Source: the human T2T-CHM13v2.0 reference genome, Homo sapiens. From it: a stretch of DNA of 64,000 nt. The notes under the pieces are model-generated. The model did no database searches. It was not told the DNA's origin and saw only the letters and a list, made by a program, of their open reading frames with translations. Shown here one piece after another: positions 58,261-64,000 of this stretch. The DNA is taken from NCBI RefSeq assembly GCF_009914755.1, contig NC_060925.1. The stretch is one strand, 5' to 3'. Position numbers and translations under genes: made by a program. Positions within the stretch are counted from its first letter, which is position 1. Each line of letters opens with the position of its first letter.

Positions 58261-61200
58261 ATCCCTGTAGGAAAGTAGCAGACTAGAAGGAGGAAATGGA
58301 AGCTGAGTCTAGACCGTAAGGGACCACAAATGTTAAACTAAGGAGTTTGGTTTTCATTCTGCAAATAATGTTCTGTACACCCTGAAGGATTCTGAGCAGA
58401 GGAATAATATAAGAGCTGTATATTAGGAATACTACTTTGGTGTCTTTGGACAGGATGGGGTAGCTTTAAGGACCAGATCAACAGATCCGAGTAAATACTG
58501 GATGTGGGGTTGAGGGAAAGATAGGAATAAAAACCAACTTCAATATTTCAAGCCTTTGTAACTGTAGGATAGTGCTGCTATTAATAGATACAGGTGTCTG
58601 AGAAGAAGACATCTCTAACAGGAGACTTAAGAGGTAAGTGGGCAGAAATTATGAGCTGTGCTTCAGAGATGTTGATGCGACCATGTCCAACAGTGGTTCT
58701 CGTGTAATGTTGCTTGTGTGATTATCTGGCATTGTATGTGTCTCGACTCCCCAGACTGTCAGAAGAACCTCAAAGGACTTTCATCTTATTGTCTTTGTCC
58801 CTCCCTCATACCTAGTGCAGTGCCTCATTCCTCTGGTCCTTGCCAAGTTCCTTCACAAGGCTAGCACAGGCTATTTCTCAGGGGCATATCTACCAGAATT
58901 TGTCCACATGAGAGAGGAACCACTGTGGGCATTCTGACTGCCAGCCTGGGGTCTAAAGATGTCATAAGCTTACACACTGAGGACATGGATGAGACTTAGC
59001 TCTAGTGAGCCATGGTTTCCTCATACTAAATAAAACCCTTTCTGAATGTTCTCTAAGATCTTTTCTAGTGCTAAAATTTGTAAATAATTTCTGAGATTTT
59101 GTAATGCTAGAAAGGTACCTAGAGCTACCTAGCAGATCAAGTAAATTGCCTACCCTTGTTTTGTCAATATCAAGTTTAGGCAGGCAACCTCTTTCATCTT
59201 GACTCTTACTAAACCTTGTTAACCTAAGAAACAATTAATTCTAAAGGTATTAAAGTTTCTCTATTCTTTCCCCATCCTCTTAACCTTGTTCTTTCCTTAT
59301 GCCCAACACAAGGAACCCCCACCAAGTTGGCTTATCTATTGGGGTGAGTAGGTTCCAATTTATGCTTCAAACACAACAGGCAGATGTCAATCACTGAACC
59401 AATTCAGGACTTCTTTGGAGTATCCTAATTCTACTACAAGAAGTGGATATGAGTGGGCCATAAATGGCAAAGAAAACATGCATGCAAAATGTAAAGTGGT
59501 ATGATGAAGAAGAAAACAGTCAGGAGAAGGAAGGTGGAAAGGAAGTCACAGTTTTTAAGGGTCTTCCATACATGGCCCTCTACTAGATTTCCTGGGTCCT
59601 CTTGTTAACCACTCCCACAGTGCCTTGAACTTCAATTTTAACATCATCAGTGTTGTAAACATATTCAACATCTCTCTTTCTGTTAGAATGTATGCTCCAT
59701 GGAGACAGAGACTATACAATGTCTGTCTTATTTACATCTCTATTCTGGTTCCTCCCAGAGTTCCAGGCAAATGGTGGCGGCTGGGTAAGTATTACATGAA
59801 TAATTGAATAAACACATTTAATCCTGACAGTGCTGCAAAGTAACAATATCTCAACTTTACAGAAGTTGAGGCTCAGAGGGATATAGTGACTTGCCTGTGG
59901 TCACATGGCTAGAAAGTTGAAAAATCAGAAGACTGAAAGTGGGTACCTGAAGCCAGGCTCCTTCGATTCCCCTGCAAGTCCCTCATGAAAACTCTCCCAT
60001 GCAGTGTCACAGTCATGTTGTTTGTTCTTTGTAACAGAAATGGGCCACAGCTAACTTAAGCAAAACAGTTTAATGGATGATATCAGGGGTTCACAGAATG
60101 GAAGAACAGTTAAGAAACTGGGGCAGAGCTGAGCTGAGATTTCAGGAGCAGGAGTGAGTAAAGGTTGAGTGAGGTCCATGGAATTAGGTCTTCTCCAACA
60201 GGTTTTTTTCCATTCTTTCTCACCACTCAGCTCAATTCAGAGAGAGAGAATTTAATTGGCTAAACGAGGGCAGAATGCCTTATTGACAGCCCCACCAAGA
60301 CTGTATGTAATGGGGAAGAAGAAATTCCCCCCAAATAATCCAAGTGATCTCACCAGAAAAAAGTGGGAGTGTGTGCTAGGTATCCAAAAAAATAGCAGTG
60401 TCCACTACAAACTGCTACATGGAGACTTCCAACATCCTGAACCAGAAATGAGTCCCCCTGGCAAGCTGCTGCTCTCCCGGTCCACCCCCAGGAGGTGTTC
60501 ATGGAGGATGGAGGGATAAATGGGGACCTATCACAGTGCCATCCTTGAATGCCAGCAGGGCTCCTCCTTAGAAGTTTCTAAAGTGTTGAAGAAAGTGAGA
60601 ACTCACTTGTCTCCCATCCAACACCCACCCGCCCCCCAGCTAACCTGACTAGGCTGTTTTCTTGTTGTTGCTTCTGTTTTTGTTCACACCTTCCTGTGGG
60701 ATCATTTCAAACCCCTATTTCCTGATGACCCAACATCCTTCTGCAATCAACTAGCAGGGGGTGAAGCCTGCCAAAACCTCAGGTAGCAGCGCTGTTGGGC
60801 ACCATTTTCAGCAACATCCTGTGTTCACAACTTTCCAGCTCAGCTCCAAATGCCAATTTTGGTTTGTGAAAATTTCCATGGCCCCCTGCTAAGCTACTCT
60901 TCTCATATCCCAGTTCACAGGCACAGAGATGTTGATCTCTCACGCTGGGCCCCAGCCACCACCCTGTCCTCTGTGCCATCATTACCTTATACCCAGCATT
61001 TTTTATGGTGGTAATAAGCTCTGACTTCGGAAGCATCCCAACAACCCCTTTTGGGAGGGGGACGTATCTAGGAACCCCTAGATATGGAACCCTTTTATAG
61101 TCACATGGTGTAATGGTAGCAGAACCAGTACTGGAAACCAAGGCTTTTGGCCACGGTCCCAGCCTTCTTCACTAATAAGGCCGCTTATTCAGTTCAGTGA

Positions 61201-61352
61201 GAGGCTTATAATTCTGCTATAATATACCCAGAGAACCCACAATTCTTCAGTTACAACAAAGCTCTGAATTTTCTGTAGAAGTAATTGGTTTCAGAATTTT
61301 CCCTCACATCCCATACATTACCTTCAATATACATTATTTTTATATTTTTAAT

Positions 61353-61650
61353 TCTTTTTTTTTCTTTTTTTCTTAGAGACAAGGTCTTGCTCTGTCACCC
61401 AGGCTGGAGTGCAGTGGCGCAATCATAGTTCACTGCAGCCTCAAACTCCTGTCAACTGATCCTCCCACCTCAGCATCCTAAATAGCTAGAACTATAGATG
61501 CCACCATGCCTGGCTAATTTCTTATTTTTTCTAGAGTCAGGGTCTTGCTATGTGGCCCAGGCTGGTCTTCAATTCCTGGCCTCAAGCAATCCTCCTACCT
61601 AGGTCTCCCAAAGTGCTGGGATTACAGGCATGAGCCACTGCACCCAGCCA
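61353..61650 (-). mobile_element. Alu (AluJ-like)
   Basis: Poly-T and reverse dimer. Confidence 0.92.
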
Positions 61651-61957
61651 ATATATATATCATTTTTAGTGGTACAACTACCTTGAGATTTACCATTAGC
61701 CTCATTTCAGAGGGAAAAACTGAGGCTTGAAGAGGGTAAGTAATTTGTCTCAAGTTCATATAGTAAGTAGTAGAACCAAGATTCAAACCTAGCATGCTGG
61801 CTCCAGAGCCCCTGTGTTTTTTCATTGCACTTAAATTCATTACTATCTCCCATAGGTGTTTTCTGCCCTCCTATAACCGCACACACACACATACACACAA
61901 ACACACACACACACCCCACCCTCTCCCCAAGGACCTATCTAGCAGTCTCTCTGTCCT

Positions 61958-63790
61958 TTAACAGCTTTATTGAAGTATAATTTATATACCATAAAATTTA
62001 CCTATTATAAGGGTACTGTTTGATTTTAAGTAAATTTATACTCTTGTACAATAATCACAATTATAATAATAATTCAACTTTAGAATACTTCTATATTTTG
62101 CCTTTTCTAGAAATTTCACATAAGTGAAATTATACAAAACATTTTTTATCTGACTTTTTCTACTTAGCATGTTTTTGAAATTCATCCATATTGTTGCATG
62201 TATCTGTAGTTCATTCCTTTTTATTGCCAAGTAGTAGTCCATTGTATGAATATACCACATTTTGTTTATACACCAGTTAAAGGACATTTGGATTATTTCC
62301 AGCTTGGGCTAGTACGTATAACATGGCTATGAACATTTGCATATAAGTCTTTATGTGAATCTGTGTCTTCATTTCTCTTGGGTAGATATTTAGGAGTTTA
62401 ATTGCTGGGTCATATAGCAAATATATTTAACATTTTGAGAAACTTCCAAACAATTATCTAAATTAGCTGTACCATTCTATGGTTTCAATTTTGCCACATC
62501 CTTGCTGACACTTGATATTGTCAGTGGGTATTAATAGTTCATTATAGTTTTAATTTGAATTTCTCTAATGAGTAATGATGTTGAACATCTTTTTATATGC
62601 TTATTCACCATTCATATGTCTGCTTTGGTGCAATATATATTCAAATCTTGCTCATTAAAAAAATCAGTTTGTCTTATTGAATTCTTTATATTTCTGAATA
62701 TAAATACCTTATCAGGTATATGATTTGCAAATATTTTATTCAAGTCTGTGGCTTGCCTTTCCATTTTCTCAATGGTATCTTCTGAAAAACAAAAGTTTTA
62801 AATTTTGATAAAGTTGAGTTTATTAATTTTTTTAAGGATCACGTTTTTGGTATCACATCTAAGAAGCCTTTGCCCTAATCCATGTTTCTCCTATGATTTC
62901 TTCTAGGAATTTTATAGTTTAACTCTTACATTTAGGCTGTGATTCATTTTTAGTTAATTTTTGCATATGGTTGTTGTGAGGTAAGAATGTAAGTTTTTTT
63001 TTTTTTGCACAGGAATATCCATTGCTCCAGCATCATTTATGGATGACTATTGAATTACCTTGACACCCTTGTCAAAAATCAATAGACCATAAATGTAAGA
63101 GTTTATTTCTGGAATATACTCTGTTCTATGGATGTATGCCTATCTTTAAGTCAATACCACACTGTTTTGATCACTGTAGCTTTATTTTTTAAATCCTCCA
63201 ACTTTGTTCTTTTTCAAAGTTGTTTTGATTTCTCTAGATCCTTTGCATTTTCATATAAATTTTAGTATCAGCTTGTCAAGTCCTACAAAAAACAACCTAT
63301 TTTGATATGGGTTGAGCTGAAACTATAGTTTAATTTGGGGACAATTACTATCTTAACAATATTGAATCTTCCGATCCATGAACATTGTGTGTCTTTCCAT
63401 TTGTTTAGATCTTTTTAGAATTTTCTCAGCAATGTTTTAAGGTTTTCAGTACATAGGTCTTACATTTGTTTTGTTAAAATTATTCCTAAGTATTTTATTC
63501 TTTTTATGCTATTATGAGTGGAATTGTTTTCTTAACTTCATTTTTGGACAGTTTGTTATAGTGTATCCTGCAACCTTACTAAGTTTGCTTATTCGTTCTA
63601 GTAGATTTTTGTAGATTTCTTAGGCTTTTCTACATACAAAATCATGCCACCTGTAATAAGGACAGTTTTACTTCTTCCTGCTTCAGTCTGCGTGTCTTTA
63701 ATGTCTTTTCTTGCCCTTTTGCACTGGCTAGGATCTCCTGTATAAAGCTAAATAGAAGTGGTGAGAGCAAACATTCTTGAATTTTTCTGC
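61958..63790 (-). mobile_element. Old L1 (L1MB/L1MC-like) 3' portion
   Basis: CAGCTTTATTGAAGTATAATTTATATACCATAAAATT 3' end, TAGTCCATTGTATGAATATACCACATTTTG and AATAGAAGTGGTGAGAG blocks. Confidence 0.85.
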
Positions 63791-64000
63791 GCCGTCCTCT
63801 GCTCTGTTTTCAAAGGGAATCCTGATGCCTCTTGCAGAGGAGAAGGTAAAGCTTTTCTGCTTCCTTAGGGGGTCCCTTCAGTATCTCCTCCTGCTTTCTT
63901 GCCTAAAAGACTTATGCAACTCATAAGATACCATCTCTCTCTCTCTCTCAGAGGTCCCTCTGGAGCAGCCTCATCCTCAGCACCAGGGTTTTAGTACCTT

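Noticed and set aside
60779-61141. 120-aa minus-strand ORF
   Set aside because: Non-ATG start, no recognisable domain and no exon context.

Overview
This is hominid, almost certainly human, genomic DNA containing the complete CDC7 (cell division cycle 7 kinase) gene on the + strand. CDC7 has a CpG-island promoter (~19.35-20.13 kb) with E2F- and NRF1-type motifs, a non-coding first exon, and 11 coding exons (20362..43070, all GT-AG, phases consistent). The coding exons sum to 1725 nt, or 574 aa, followed by a ~1.3 kb 3'UTR ending near AATAAA at 44370. Downstream on the - strand is an intronless, disrupted WDR82 processed pseudogene (CDS remnant 53288..54229, with 5'UTR and a long 3'UTR-like tail; the insertion possibly spans ~50.58-54.50 kb). 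The rest is typical interspersed repeat: about 20 Alus, L1M/L2/MIR fragments, MaLR and ERVL LTRs, a MER11 solo LTR, and MER2/MER5/MER58 DNA transposons. I found no convincing new biological system. The most interesting unexplained signals are a 32-nt SVA insertion with a perfect 17-bp TSD, an intact 144-codon C-terminal frame and retained CpG-rich 5' end in the WDR82 retrocopy, and a start-stop uORF, a candidate poison acceptor and a proximal poly(A) signal upstream of three miR-29 sites in CDC7. A repeat-poor block with exon-like boundaries just 3' of CDC7 is more speculative. Repeat subfamily names and parent-gene comparisons are from memory of consensus sequences, not from a database search.
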